DNA from: Kiritimatiellia bacterium
GTDB taxonomy: Bacteria; Verrucomicrobiota; Kiritimatiellia; RFP12; UBA1067
DNA length: 64,000 nt
Reading direction: 5' to 3'
NCBI GenBank assembly: GCA_050949565.1
Contig: JBMNFY010000016.1
Location: 52,032 to 116,031 of the forward strand
In this document: positions 10,968 through 20,674 of the stretch, piece by piece
Layout of the letters: every line of letters starts with the position of its first letter
Position numbering within the stretch: the first letter of the stretch is position 1
Program-made: the position numbers and the translations under genes
Notes under the pieces: generated by a model
Seen by the model: only the letters and a program-made list of their open reading frames with translations
Database searches by the model: none
Told to the model about the DNA's origin: nothing

Positions 10968-12620
10968 GTGTACGGCTTCAAGGATCTTTGGACGCGGGCG
11001 AAGACGAGCCTTTGGCGTTGGCTAGACCGCCAGCCGCTGTTGACGGCTACGGCGTGTCTGCTGGCCGGGATCGTGTGCGGTTACCGGATCGACGCGCCGT
11101 GGGTCGCCATGGCCGCTGCCGCGTTGTTGTGCGTGTGCGCAGCGATCTTTATGCGTACCCCGCTGTGGCGCATCTTTGTCGCGCTCTGTATCTTGCTGGT
11201 CGGTTGGACACTGGCGACGCGCGACAAGGCCGGCCGCGACGACGAGGCGCACCGCTTTCGCGCGCTCGCTCAACCACAGACTTACGTCTGCCGCGTGGGG
11301 CCGGAGGTGACCGTCCAGCCGTTGCGCGGGCATGCGGCCAAACACACCTTTCGTGCCGAAAAATTGCGCACCGAGGACGGTACCTTCGCCTGCCGTCATC
11401 TGCCGGCGGAGGTCACTTGGTTCGGCGCGGCAGAAGAGGCGACCGGCACGACGCCGCAACCCGGCGAGATCTGGCGTATACGCGGTTCGGGGCGCGTGCG
11501 TAAGAAACGCAACGGTTTGCAATATCTGGCTCTCAACAGCGGCGAGGATCGCGCCACCCGACTGGCGGAGATCAGTCCGTCGGCCTGGCGCGCGCGTGTT
11601 GCGAACGCCCGCCGTACTGCGTCCCGGCGCGTGGTGATCGGCATCGAGACGTGGGGCGACATCCCGGCGCTGAATCAGGCGATGTTGCTGGGCAACCGCC
11701 ATGTGATGCCGCCTGCGTTGCGCCGCGTCTTTGTGGATTCTGGCACGATCCATGTCTACTCCATCTCCGGCCTGCATATCGTTCTGGTGGCCACCGTGCT
11801 GAGCCTCGCCGTTTCTGCCTGCGGCATCCCACGTACCTACTGGGTCTTGGTGAGCGGCCCGCTTCTGATCTTCTATACGGCGCTTACCGGTGCGCGGCCG
11901 CCTGCGGTGCGCGCCTGTCTGATGGCGTTGCTCTATCTGGCCGCGCCGCTGATTGGTCGCCGTCCGAACGCTCTGATGGCGTTAGCGGGTACCGCGCTGA
12001 TCGTGCATGCCCTCCAGCCTTGGTTGATCTTTGACATTGGCTGCGTGCTTTCGTTCACCGTGATGGGTGGACTGGTGGCCTTCTGTCGGCCCTTCTGTCA
12101 GGCGGGGCAGCGATTGTTCCGTGTCGCGCGTCTGACCGAACGCGCGAATCTGTCGCGGGCCGCCGGTGCGAAGGTGCACGCGCGCCGCCTGAACATGCTG
12201 GCGCATGCGGTCACGTGGTTGTCGAATTCGTTAGCCGTGTCGCTGGCGGCTTGGGTGGCGTCGCTTCCTTTGACAGCTCACTACTTTGGACGTTTCACGC
12301 CGGGTGGCGTTTTTGCGAATCTGGCGGTAGGGCCGTGTTCGTTTTTCATTGTTGTTGCGGGTTGTCTCGGTGTAGCAACAAGCACGGTGAGCGAGTGGGT
12401 GGCTAGTTGCTTCAATAACGCCGCTGGTTTTTTCACTTGGTTGATGGTTAAGTCCGCCCAGATAACGGCGGCCTTCCCTGGGGCGAACCTACGCATCAAG
12501 CCTTGGCCGCTCTGGGCGGTTTGGCTCTGGTTCGGTGTGTTGCTGGTGCTGGCGGTCTGGCTGCGCACGCGCAAACACCGTCCGGACGGGCTGGCATGGT
12601 TGACGGACGACGATCAATGA
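10968..12620 (+). CDS. comEC: ComEC/Rec2 family competence membrane protein (no C-terminal MBL domain)
   Basis: AMLLG...SGTIHVYSISGLH, PPAVRA, IGCVLSF, FANL motifs. Confidence 0.88.
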   Translation: MYGFKDLWTRAKTSLWRWLDRQPLLTATACLLAGIVCGYRIDAPWVAMAAAALLCVCAAIFMRTPLWRIFVALCILLVGWTLATRDKAGRDDEAHRFRALAQPQTYVCRVGPEVTVQPLRGHAAKHTFRAEKLRTEDGTFACRHLPAEVTWFGAAEEATGTTPQPGEIWRIRGSGRVRKKRNGLQYLALNSGEDRATRLAEISPSAWRARVANARRTASRRVVIGIETWGDIPALNQAMLLGNRHVMPPALRRVFVDSGTIHVYSISGLHIVLVATVLSLAVSACGIPRTYWVLVSGPLLIFYTALTGARPPAVRACLMALLYLAAPLIGRRPNALMALAGTALIVHALQPWLIFDIGCVLSFTVMGGLVAFCRPFCQAGQRLFRVARLTERANLSRAAGAKVHARRLNMLAHAVTWLSNSLAVSLAAWVASLPLTAHYFGRFTPGGVFANLAVGPCSFFIVVAGCLGVATSTVSEWVASCFNNAAGFFTWLMVKSAQITAAFPGANLRIKPWPLWAVWLWFGVLLVLAVWLRTRKHRPDGLAWLTDDDQ

Positions 12621-12632
12621 CAAAGGGAAAGT

Positions 12633-12708
12633 CTTGCAAAAAGTGTGGCACGGGCATCTTGCCCGTGTTTCCTGGGCGGGACGCCCATGCCACGAGATTT
12701 TTTGCAAG
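12633..12708. repeat. REP-like double palindrome inside degenerate TTGCAAAA inverted ends
   Basis: gtggcacgggcatcttgcccgtg...gggcgggacgcccatgccac; related copies at 16206, 60138 and 61563. Confidence 0.8.
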
Positions 12709-12727
12709 CACCTCAAAGGAGCATGAC

Positions 12728-14029
12728 ATGCAGCGAGAGATTCATATTGCGGGTATCGGCGGTGTCGGGATGAGCGCGTTGGCGCAGGCACTGCTGGATC
12801 AAGGCGAAAAGGTCAGTGGCTCGGATCGTCTGCTGGACGCGGGGGACGAGACCGGGGTGCTGACCTGCCTCGCGGCGCAGGGCGTGCGGCTCTGTCGGCA
12901 GGACGGAACGGGCATCACGCCGCAAACCGAGCGGTTGGTGATCAGCAGCGCGATCGAGTCAGACAACCCAGAGGTGTTGCGCGCGCAGGCGCTGGGGATC
13001 CCGGTCGTACACCGCGCGGCCGAACTGGCGCGGTTGACCGAGGGGCGACGCCTGATCGCCGTGACCGGCACCAGTGGCAAGAGCACGGTGACGGCGATGC
13101 TGGGCAGCCTGCTGGAGGGCGTGGGGTTCGATCCGCTGGTGGTCAACGGCGCGGCGGTGGCGGGCTGGAGTGCGGACGGTACGCGCATCGGATCGGTCCG
13201 GAAAGGTGCGGGCGAGTGGGCGGTGATCGAAGCCGACGAATCCGACCGCTCGCTGATGGTCTTCAACCCTGAGCATGCGATCATCACCAACGCTTCGGCG
13301 GATCATTTCGGGCTGGATGAAACACTGGCGCTCTTCGCCTCCTTCCGTGCGCGGGTGCCGGGTACGGTGATCGATGGACGCGGCGCTGGCGGCGGACCAG
13401 CCGAGGCGCGCACAGAAGGGTGGGGCGGCTCTTTCCAGTTCGAGGGCGTCACGTATCAAGTACCGATGCCCGGCCTGCACAACGTCCACAATGCGTGGCA
13501 TGCGGTGCGCATGGCGCGTGCGCTGGGGGCGGCACCCGAGCGGCTGGTCGCCGCGTTGGCGGCGTTCGGTGGTGTCGAACGCCGCTTGCAGCGTGTGGGC
13601 CGTTGCGGCGCGGCGACAGTGGTCGATGACTACGCGCACAATCCCGAAAAACTCGCGGCCGCCTGGACGACCCTCGCGACGGCCTTCCCGTCCGGCGTGT
13701 GCGCTGTCTGGCGGCCGCACGGCTATGCGCCGCTACGTAAAATGCTGGAGGGACTGGCGCAGGCATTCGCCGCTGTCTGTCGACCGCAGGACACGTTGCT
13801 GCTGTTGCCGGTCTATGACGCGGGCGGCACCGCCGATCGCTCGATCAACAGTGACGTTTTGGCTTCCATGCTCCGCGAAAAAGGTGTTAAAGTGCTGTCC
13901 GTTGGAGGCATTGACGATGCGGAAGCCATCATGCGTGCCCAGGCGGACACAGCAGGTGTGTTGGTGACCTTGGGTGCGCGTGATCCCGGCTTGCCCCGCT
14001 TGGCGCGGCGGCTGGCTGTATCGGGGTAG
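12728..14029 (+). CDS. murC: Mur ligase, UDP-N-acetylmuramate--L-alanine ligase (MurC/Mpl-like)
   Basis: GIGGVGMSALA, AVTGTSGKST, EADESD, DDYAHNP. Confidence 0.8.
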   Translation: MQREIHIAGIGGVGMSALAQALLDQGEKVSGSDRLLDAGDETGVLTCLAAQGVRLCRQDGTGITPQTERLVISSAIESDNPEVLRAQALGIPVVHRAAELARLTEGRRLIAVTGTSGKSTVTAMLGSLLEGVGFDPLVVNGAAVAGWSADGTRIGSVRKGAGEWAVIEADESDRSLMVFNPEHAIITNASADHFGLDETLALFASFRARVPGTVIDGRGAGGGPAEARTEGWGGSFQFEGVTYQVPMPGLHNVHNAWHAVRMARALGAAPERLVAALAAFGGVERRLQRVGRCGAATVVDDYAHNPEKLAAAWTTLATAFPSGVCAVWRPHGYAPLRKMLEGLAQAFAAVCRPQDTLLLLPVYDAGGTADRSINSDVLASMLREKGVKVLSVGGIDDAEAIMRAQADTAGVLVTLGARDPGLPRLARRLAVSG

Positions 14030-14070
14030 GCGGATGTGTCGGCACAAGTACGAAGCCGGGAGGAATAGGC

Positions 14071-14652
14071 ATGAAAAAGACCTTACTGATGACGTGTGCA
14101 GTGGCCATGGTTGTCGCCTGTGTGCAGGCGCAGTCTTGGTTGAAGAAGGAGAAGGAGCCTGAAAAGACTAAGGGCTGGATCGACAATTTCGAGCAGGCCC
14201 AAAAGGAAGCAGAAGCTTTCAAGCAGCCGATCTTCGCCTTCTTCACCGGCAGCGATTGGTGCGGTTGGTGCGTGCGTCTCAAGAAAGAAGCGCTCGACAC
14301 CAAGGAGTTCGAGAAGTTTGCCGCCGACAACCTGATCCTGTTCGAGGCGGACTTCCCGCGGGCGAAGAAAATATCCGACAAAGTCAAAAAGCAAAACGAC
14401 GAACTGGCATCCAAGTACGGCGTGCGCGGTTATCCCACAGTGTTTCTGCTCGATGCCGAGGGCAAACAGCTTGGCCGGACCGGATACAAGGCCGGCGGCG
14501 CTGAAGCCTACGTCAAGCACCTCAAAGAAATGCTCGAAACGGCGGGTGTTAAGACTGTGGAGAAACCCGAAGCAGCCAAACCACTTTCGGCGTACGAGAA
14601 AATGAAGGCTGAGCGGGCTGCTAAAGCGGCGCAGGACGCCGAGAAAAAATAA
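14071..14652 (+). CDS. Exported thioredoxin-family protein
   Basis: Signal peptide; FTGSDWCGWC and YGVRGYPTV. Confidence 0.88.
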   Translation: MKKTLLMTCAVAMVVACVQAQSWLKKEKEPEKTKGWIDNFEQAQKEAEAFKQPIFAFFTGSDWCGWCVRLKKEALDTKEFEKFAADNLILFEADFPRAKKISDKVKKQNDELASKYGVRGYPTVFLLDAEGKQLGRTGYKAGGAEAYVKHLKEMLETAGVKTVEKPEAAKPLSAYEKMKAERAAKAAQDAEKK

Positions 14653-14673
14653 GCGGGAAGCGTAGGCGTTTTT

Positions 14674-15702
14674 ATGGAGTTCTCATATCCGCCCGGCAGG
14701 ACGTTGCTGGGCGAGACTCAGGCGGTACGGCAAGCGATTGAGCGGTTTCACGCCCAACCCGTAGATCAAGTGATGCTATGCGAAGGCGACGCTGGCTACT
14801 CGCCGCGCCGCACGACGCTTAGCGGCAAACGCTCGGTGACCGGTCCCGGCACCTTTACCGGTCGTGTCCGGCGCACGTTGACCTTTGGTCCCTCGACCAA
14901 TGCCGGCTGGTGGATTGACCGCACTGATCTCGACGAGCAACTCATGACGTACGTCTCGATCCGCAACGTGTGGACCTCCGCGCGTAACATCGTGTTGCGT
15001 AGCGGCAACCCGCACAACTATCTGCGTATGGTCGAGCATATCATTGCCCTGCGCTTGGGTATGGGTGTGGACGATGTGGTGATCAGCACCAACTCCGGTG
15101 ATCCGCCGCTCTTTGACCGCAGCAGTGTCGATCTGGTCGAGGCGGTCGAGCAGTGCGAGATCATTGAGCGCGATGAGCCCGCGCAGTATGTGACTGTCAA
15201 GGAGCCGGTCACCTTCGGCGGCAACCGCGGCGACTTCCTGACTTTCCTGCCGCCCGAGAACGGCGAGAAGAAGTTGCGTTTGGATGTGGCGATCGACTTC
15301 AGTTCGGTCATCGGCCAGCAACGTATCGTCTTTGACGTTACACCGGACAGTTTCCGCCACGGTGCGTTTGCGCGCACCAACGCTTCGCACCGTCAGATGC
15401 TGATGGTCCGTCTGTTCGGCTTCCTTTTTGCGGATACACGTAACCTCGGTTACACGACCGACAACATCCTGATCCACGGCAAGCACAAATATTACGGCGA
15501 GCCGCGTTTCGTGCAAGAGGACAGCGGCAAGGCACTAGAGCCGGTTTGGCACCGCGCCACGCTCGACCTGCTGGCTGCGATCGCGCTGATCGACATCGGG
15601 CGCTTTGTCGGACGCGTGGTCTCTTATCGCGCTGGGCACACGCTTGATGTGCGCGCCGTCGGCCTGCTCTACAAACACAATCTGCTCGAACCGCTGGAGT
15701 AG
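14674..15702 (+). CDS. lpxC: UDP-3-O-acyl-N-acetylglucosamine deacetylase (divergent LpxC)
   Basis: MVEHIIA, PPLFDRSS, FARTN, WHRATLDLL, RAGH. Confidence 0.75.
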   Translation: MEFSYPPGRTLLGETQAVRQAIERFHAQPVDQVMLCEGDAGYSPRRTTLSGKRSVTGPGTFTGRVRRTLTFGPSTNAGWWIDRTDLDEQLMTYVSIRNVWTSARNIVLRSGNPHNYLRMVEHIIALRLGMGVDDVVISTNSGDPPLFDRSSVDLVEAVEQCEIIERDEPAQYVTVKEPVTFGGNRGDFLTFLPPENGEKKLRLDVAIDFSSVIGQQRIVFDVTPDSFRHGAFARTNASHRQMLMVRLFGFLFADTRNLGYTTDNILIHGKHKYYGEPRFVQEDSGKALEPVWHRATLDLLAAIALIDIGRFVGRVVSYRAGHTLDVRAVGLLYKHNLLEPLE

Positions 15703-15713
15703 GGCGGGAACCA

Positions 15714-16082
15714 TTGGCGATAGACTGGTACAATCTGGCGGATCAAGAGGTGGCGGCGGTGTATGCGGCGCTGCCATCCGATCTGCGTGCTTGCCTCGCC
15801 AGTCTGGCGGTCACGCTGGAGTCGCGTCCTACGTCTGACGAGCAGTTGGAAGAGGGCGATGACGAGGATCTTCTCGGGCTCTTCGTCGGTGCCAGTTTCG
15901 CCGAGGTTGCGGATGAGGCCGAACCGCTGCCGAGCGCGATTCGCCTGTTTGTCGAAAACCTTCGCGACGAGGCCGAAGACGACCCCGCCCGTTTCCGCCA
16001 AGAAGTGCGCGACACCTTGCTGCACGAGTTGGGGCATTACCTGGGGCTTGACGAAGACGGCCTGACCGAGCGCGGTCTGTGA
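15714..16082 (+). CDS. Zincin-like metallopeptidase family protein
   Basis: LLGLFVG...TLLHELGHYLGLDE. Confidence 0.85.
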   Translation: MAIDWYNLADQEVAAVYAALPSDLRACLASLAVTLESRPTSDEQLEEGDDEDLLGLFVGASFAEVADEAEPLPSAIRLFVENLRDEAEDDPARFRQEVRDTLLHELGHYLGLDEDGLTERGL

Positions 16083-16132
16083 CGCGCCTCTGCTCAAAAA
16101 AGCGGCGTCGCGCGGGATACCGCTTGGTCTCT

Positions 16133-16496
16133 CTTAGTCCCCCACACTTAGTCGGCTACATTTAGTCTCCACACCTAGTCGATTGCGCCAGTGTTTGGAC
16201 TAGGTGAGGCTCTTTCAAAACCCCTCGTGGCATGGGCGTCCCGCCCATGAAACACGGGCAAGATGCCCGTGCCACACCTCTGCGCCTCCGGGTTAAAAGA
16301 CCCGAACCTCCAAAACCCTTTGCGTTCTATGTGTTCTTTGCGGCTATTACCGTAGTCATGCCATCCCAAAAAAAATCTGCGGCATCTGCGAAATCTGCGG
16401 ATCAAAAAAACCGAGCCTTGCCAGAAACCAAAGAGCGGTGAAAGTTCAACTGCTCTTTTTAGGCTAAGTGTTTTCGACTAAGTGTATGGGACTAAG
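16133..16496. repeat. Nested intergenic repeat cluster bounded by a 35-bp imperfect inverted repeat
   Basis: 16133-16167 matches the reverse complement of 16462-16496 at 28/35. Encloses a REP-MITE end, trimer modules and an orphan MITE right end. Confidence 0.75.
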
Positions 16497-16545
16497 CGTA
16501 GACGACGAAGTGTCGCGCCATCGCACTTCGTGCGCTGTCGCTGCG

Positions 16546-18780
16546 CTAGATCAGCTCGCACGCGCCGCCGGCGCAGGCGACGGTCTGCGTGACGGTTGTG
16601 TTGTCTTGGCGCTCGATGAGCTGGGTGTAATCCACCGGCGTGTCGGTGCGGTTGAGGTCTTCCCACAGCTTGCAGGCATCAACGCGCTTGAGGCAACGCG
16701 TCATCTTCAACGTGTCGCCGCCGAAGTAGTTTTGGGCGAATTTGCGGGCGCGCCGCAACCAGTCCAGCTTCGCTTCGCGCACGCCTTCAATCGCCTCGTA
16801 AACGCGCTTGGGATAGATTTTGGCGGTCGGCTTTTCAAGGTTCTCGCCGCGACCGAGCACGCAATCGCAAGCAGCCCAGAGGTTGTCGTCGAAAGCTTGC
16901 AAGCCATCCACGATCAGGCCCGAGGCGAAGAGCGCACCCACGCCGTAGATCGCCACGATCTCGTCGTCGCTCAGCACTTCGCAGAAGGGGGCCTGCGGGT
17001 AGTCGAGGTCGCCGCCCTCCGGCAGTAGCGATACGCCAGCGAAGGCGTGACGGTTCTCGAAAATAAAGTCCTCGACCGACGCCCATTCGCTGTCCTTGAC
17101 CGAGATGGTGTTTGAGACGTTGTGACTGAGCCAGGGCTGTGCGCAGAGCTCGGGACGCTTACCGGCGTCGATCCAGTTCTCTTTGGTGAGCTTGACTTTG
17201 CGCAGCAGTTCAACGGCATCGACATCGCGCTTGGTCAATGCATTGGGACTGGCCTGTATGCAGAAGGTGAGCACAACATCAGTGCCGTTGGGATTCCAGA
17301 CCGACTTTTCGACAGCCTTGGGGTTCTGCGCACGGAAGAAATCGACGAGCAACTCGTCTTCATTCGCCTGTGCGCGGCGGAAGTAGCGCTTGGCGTGGTG
17401 GGGGTGGATGCCCGACGACGTGCCGAGGATGCTGCTCGTGGTGCCGGCCGGCTTGACGCAGGTGGTGCGGGCCGCCGGATTGATACCGATGCGCTTGGCC
17501 ACCTGAGCGTTGACCTCAAGGATGAGCGCAGCCATCTCGCGTTGCAAGTCGGCATCGAACGCTACGTCAGGGTTCTCCATCATGCCGGTCATTGAGATGC
17601 CCAGCAACGCCTCGCGCTTGGCAATGCGTGTGCTGACCTCGCCGAGGTAGCCGAAGTCAGTGTAGTCGGCCTGCAGGGTGCCGAGGATCGCTGCCGCCCG
17701 GCAGGCGGCTTCAAACTTCTCCTTGTTGTCCACGATCCCCATGTTGATCTCGCAGAGGTTGCAGAAGGCGAAGCCCGACACGCCGTCGATCTGCGGATAG
17801 AGGCCGATCTCAGCGCACGGATTAAAGGTCATGTCCAGATGGTCGGTCCAGACAAAGCCCGGCTCGCCGAACTCTTTGACCGATTTCATGAGTTTGGCGA
17901 ACTGCTCGCGCGGGGTCTTGTCGCGCAGCAGCATGGCGGAGTTGTTGGAGCGTGCGCGCTGCGGATTCTCGGTAAACCAGTTGCCGGTCTTGGCGGTTGC
18001 CATCTCATCGTCTTCCGGCGAGAAGAGACAGATCGTGGCGCTGCGGCGCACACCTCCCGAGAGCACGGCGTCGGAAGCGTGCATCAAGATGTCGTAAGCA
18101 TCTATCGCCCGCAGGCGCGTGTGGCCTTCGGCCAGACGCTTATCAAGCAACTCGCGGATCTTTTCCAGACTGCGGCGCAGCGGCTCAGGCCCCGGTGCGC
18201 GGCCCATGCCGGATGAGATCGGGCGTCCTTTAGGGCGGATCTGCGTGTAGTCGAACTGCACGGTCGTACCTGCATACTCCGGGAAAGGCTGGCGCGTGGA
18301 GAAGTAGCTGGAGAGCAACACGCCCAAAGCGTCAGCCCACCCCTCGATCGTGTCCGGTATCACGTAGGTGGCATTCGCGGCGCCGGGCTTGGCGATGCCC
18401 GGGAGTTTGGTGATGTGATGCGTCTGCACCGAGAAACCCACACCGCAGCCGCATAACAACAGCCACAGTGCCTCTTGGAAAAACCGCGGGCGGTCGCAGT
18501 ACGAGGTGGTGCAGTTGTAGATGCGCGCGTGCTTGCGCAGGATCGGCTCGCCGCCGAACTGCATCGCCCGCTGGCTGCCTAACACCATCTTCTGCTTCAT
18601 CGCCTGCTCGCAGACTTGCAGCAGATCTTCGACATCGATCCCCTTCGACGCAAAGTGTCGGCGGTGCATGTCGATCACACGCTCGACCGCCTCGGGGAAG
18701 GTCTCGCGCCGCATCTTTTCAGGGATGTACCGGCTATATTTCGAGGTGAATACATAGTCCTTCAACGCTTCAATACTCAT
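16546..18780 (-). CDS. nrdJ: Adenosylcobalamin-dependent (class II, RTPR-like) ribonucleotide reductase
   Basis: YNC, GCGVGFSV, GGVRRSA, NPCAEI, FCNLCE, TTCVKPAGTTS, YPQAPF, C-terminal ACAGGAC. Confidence 0.88.
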   Translation of the reverse strand: MSIEALKDYVFTSKYSRYIPEKMRRETFPEAVERVIDMHRRHFASKGIDVEDLLQVCEQAMKQKMVLGSQRAMQFGGEPILRKHARIYNCTTSYCDRPRFFQEALWLLLCGCGVGFSVQTHHITKLPGIAKPGAANATYVIPDTIEGWADALGVLLSSYFSTRQPFPEYAGTTVQFDYTQIRPKGRPISSGMGRAPGPEPLRRSLEKIRELLDKRLAEGHTRLRAIDAYDILMHASDAVLSGGVRRSATICLFSPEDDEMATAKTGNWFTENPQRARSNNSAMLLRDKTPREQFAKLMKSVKEFGEPGFVWTDHLDMTFNPCAEIGLYPQIDGVSGFAFCNLCEINMGIVDNKEKFEAACRAAAILGTLQADYTDFGYLGEVSTRIAKREALLGISMTGMMENPDVAFDADLQREMAALILEVNAQVAKRIGINPAARTTCVKPAGTTSSILGTSSGIHPHHAKRYFRRAQANEDELLVDFFRAQNPKAVEKSVWNPNGTDVVLTFCIQASPNALTKRDVDAVELLRKVKLTKENWIDAGKRPELCAQPWLSHNVSNTISVKDSEWASVEDFIFENRHAFAGVSLLPEGGDLDYPQAPFCEVLSDDEIVAIYGVGALFASGLIVDGLQAFDDNLWAACDCVLGRGENLEKPTAKIYPKRVYEAIEGVREAKLDWLRRARKFAQNYFGGDTLKMTRCLKRVDACKLWEDLNRTDTPVDYTQLIERQDNTTVTQTVACAGGACELI

Positions 18781-18946
18781 GGTGCTTCCTCTGCGTGCGG
18801 GAATGGGAAAGTGTGTGACACGACGGTCTGCGGAGGGGCACGCATCTCCCCCGTGAAAAACCCTTAGCCGACCAACATTCGCACACTTCCGCCATCCGGA
18901 ACACCCCAAGCTTGGCATCGGCGAAAATTGGGAGCCTTGTGAAACG

Positions 18947-18994
18947 TGTCTATGTATAGTAGTTCGCGCATGGGATGTCCACTACATTTTGTGT
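18947..18994. promoter_or_regulatory. Tandem NrdR boxes
   Basis: tgtCTATGTATAGtag (18947-18962) and ccaCTACATTTTGtgt (18979-18994), 32 bp apart, against consensus acaCwAtATaTwGtgt; upstream of nrdJ. Confidence 0.8.
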
Positions 18995-19127
18995 TTTTTC
19001 GTAACCTGTTGCCTATCAACGAAATCCGTGAGCCATTTTTCGGCGTAATCGGTTAGTGACAGGGAGCATGCGAGTTTAGTGCGTGGTTTGCGCCCATTTC
19101 GGTACTCGCAAGTCGGGCGAAAAGATA

Positions 19128-19215
19128 TGGAGTGCGGCGGCAAGCGGTATTCCGCGCGACGCCGCTTTTTAAGTACGAGTGTGAAGACAGGGTGGCGCGC
19201 AAAAGCGGTGCCGCG
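19128..19215. repeat. REP-like element (TGGAGTGCGGCGGCAAGCG...CGACGCCGCTTT)
   Basis: A partial inverted copy aaagcggcgtcgcgcgggataccgcttg lies at ~16099-16126. Confidence 0.6.
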
Positions 19216-19289
19216 ACCCGCGCACAGCACGGTTCTTGTCACCAAAATTTTCCGCCGCGCCAAGCGCGGACGGCGGGCTAACCGATTAC

Positions 19290-19620
19290 CCTAAAAAGAG
19301 CAGTTGAGCATGCAGATTTTGAGCAAAGCCCCGTAAACATTGGCTTCCGTTGAGATCCGCGCCGCACCTATTTGGTGCAGAACGCCATTTCTGATTGGAA
19401 CCACGGAACACACTAAACACACGGAAACAGAGCCATGCCTTTCCGTGTGTTCGGTGTGTTCCGTGGTTAAACAATCGATCCCGATAGCGATCCCGATCCC
19501 GATTTGGATGAAACCATGAAATCATGAAACCATGAAACCATGAAACCATGAAACCTTGAAACCTTGAAACCTTGAAACCAGAAACCAAAGAGAGTTGAAG
19601 GTTCAACTGCTCTTTTTAGG
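19290..19620. mobile_element. MITE, 331 bp, perfect 18-bp TIRs and 5-bp TSD
   Basis: CCTAAAAAGAGCAGTTGA (19290-19307) and TCAACTGCTCTTTTTAGG (19603-19620); ATTAC directly on both sides (19285-19289, 19621-19625); no credible ORF. Confidence 0.85.
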
Positions 19621-19669
19621 ATTACCTTTTCGGCTTCCCTCGCGGTGGGTGACGGCGTAACATGTCCGC

Positions 19670-20668
19670 ATGACGCAAAACTTCAAGTCTGGCAGACTCC
19701 GCGGACGGCTCGCGCCCAGCCCCACTGGCGCGTTGCACCTCGGCAATGCCCGTACCTTCATGATCGCGTGGCTGAGTGTACGTAGCCGTAGCGGCACGCT
19801 GTTGCTGCGCATGGAGGACCTTGATCATCCCAAGAACAAGCCCGGCGCGGCCGACGCGGCGCTTGCGGACCTGCGCTGGCTCGGTCTGGACTGGGACGAG
19901 GGGCCCGACATCGGCGGTCCGTACGCGCCCTACACGCAGACGCAACGGCGGATCCACTACGTTCGCGCCTTGGAGACGTTGCGTGCGCGCGGTCTTGCCT
20001 ATCCCTGCGTCTGCTCGCGGCGTGATGTCGAGTGCGGCCAGTCCGCGCCTCACACCGAAGACGGCCTCTTCTACGCCGGTCTCTGCCGCGACCGCTTTGC
20101 GGACTACGAGGCCGCGCGGCGCGTCCTGCCCCCCGACCGCCTGCCCGCTTGGCGCTTCCGCGTGCCGCAGGGCGAGATCGTGCGTTTCGAGGATGGCTTC
20201 TGTGGCCTCTGCGAGCAGGAGGTCAGTGCAGTCAGTGGAGACTTCGTGCTCGCGCGCGACCCGGACGGCGCGGGCTATATGCTTGCCGTGGTCGTGGATG
20301 ATGCCGCGATGGGTGTCACCGAGGTTGTGCGCGGCGATGACCTGCTGCCGGCCACCCCGCGTCAGTTGCTGCTCTATCGCGCGTTGGATCTCACGCCGCC
20401 CGTTTTCATCCATGTGCCGCTGGTGGTGAGCGAGGAGGGGCGGCGTCTCGCCAAACGTCACGGCGATACCCGCATCAGCGCCCTGCGCGCGGCGGGCATC
20501 ACCTCGGAACAGGTCATCGGTCTGCTTGCGTGGTGGTGCGGCTGGGCCGCATGGGGCGAAAGGCTTACGTTGCGCGACCTGCTGCCGCGTTTTGACCTTG
20601 CTACGCTGCGGCGCGAACCCGCCATGCTTACGCCGCAGGTCAAGGCGGCCATGAAGATTCAAGCCTAA
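19670..20668 (+). CDS. gluQ: tRNA glutamyl-Q(34) synthetase
   Basis: RLAPSPTGALHLGNA, RMEDLD, CVCSR, VVRGDDL, LAKRH; no anticodon-binding domain. Confidence 0.88.
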   Translation: MTQNFKSGRLRGRLAPSPTGALHLGNARTFMIAWLSVRSRSGTLLLRMEDLDHPKNKPGAADAALADLRWLGLDWDEGPDIGGPYAPYTQTQRRIHYVRALETLRARGLAYPCVCSRRDVECGQSAPHTEDGLFYAGLCRDRFADYEAARRVLPPDRLPAWRFRVPQGEIVRFEDGFCGLCEQEVSAVSGDFVLARDPDGAGYMLAVVVDDAAMGVTEVVRGDDLLPATPRQLLLYRALDLTPPVFIHVPLVVSEEGRRLAKRHGDTRISALRAAGITSEQVIGLLAWWCGWAAWGERLTLRDLLPRFDLATLRREPAMLTPQVKAAMKIQA

Positions 20669-20674
20669 AAGACT

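Noticed and set aside
18785-18940. Cobalamin riboswitch upstream of nrdJ
   Set aside because: The GGGAA-like motifs are on the wrong strand and the core motifs are absent; NrdR boxes explain the region.
19286-19606. 106-aa ORF inside the MITE
   Set aside because: Low-complexity translation of tandem repeats; not a transposase.
19622-20662. Long antisense ORFs (also 6666-7610, 40493-41611, 52166-53584)
   Set aside because: Shadows of real genes in GC-rich DNA.
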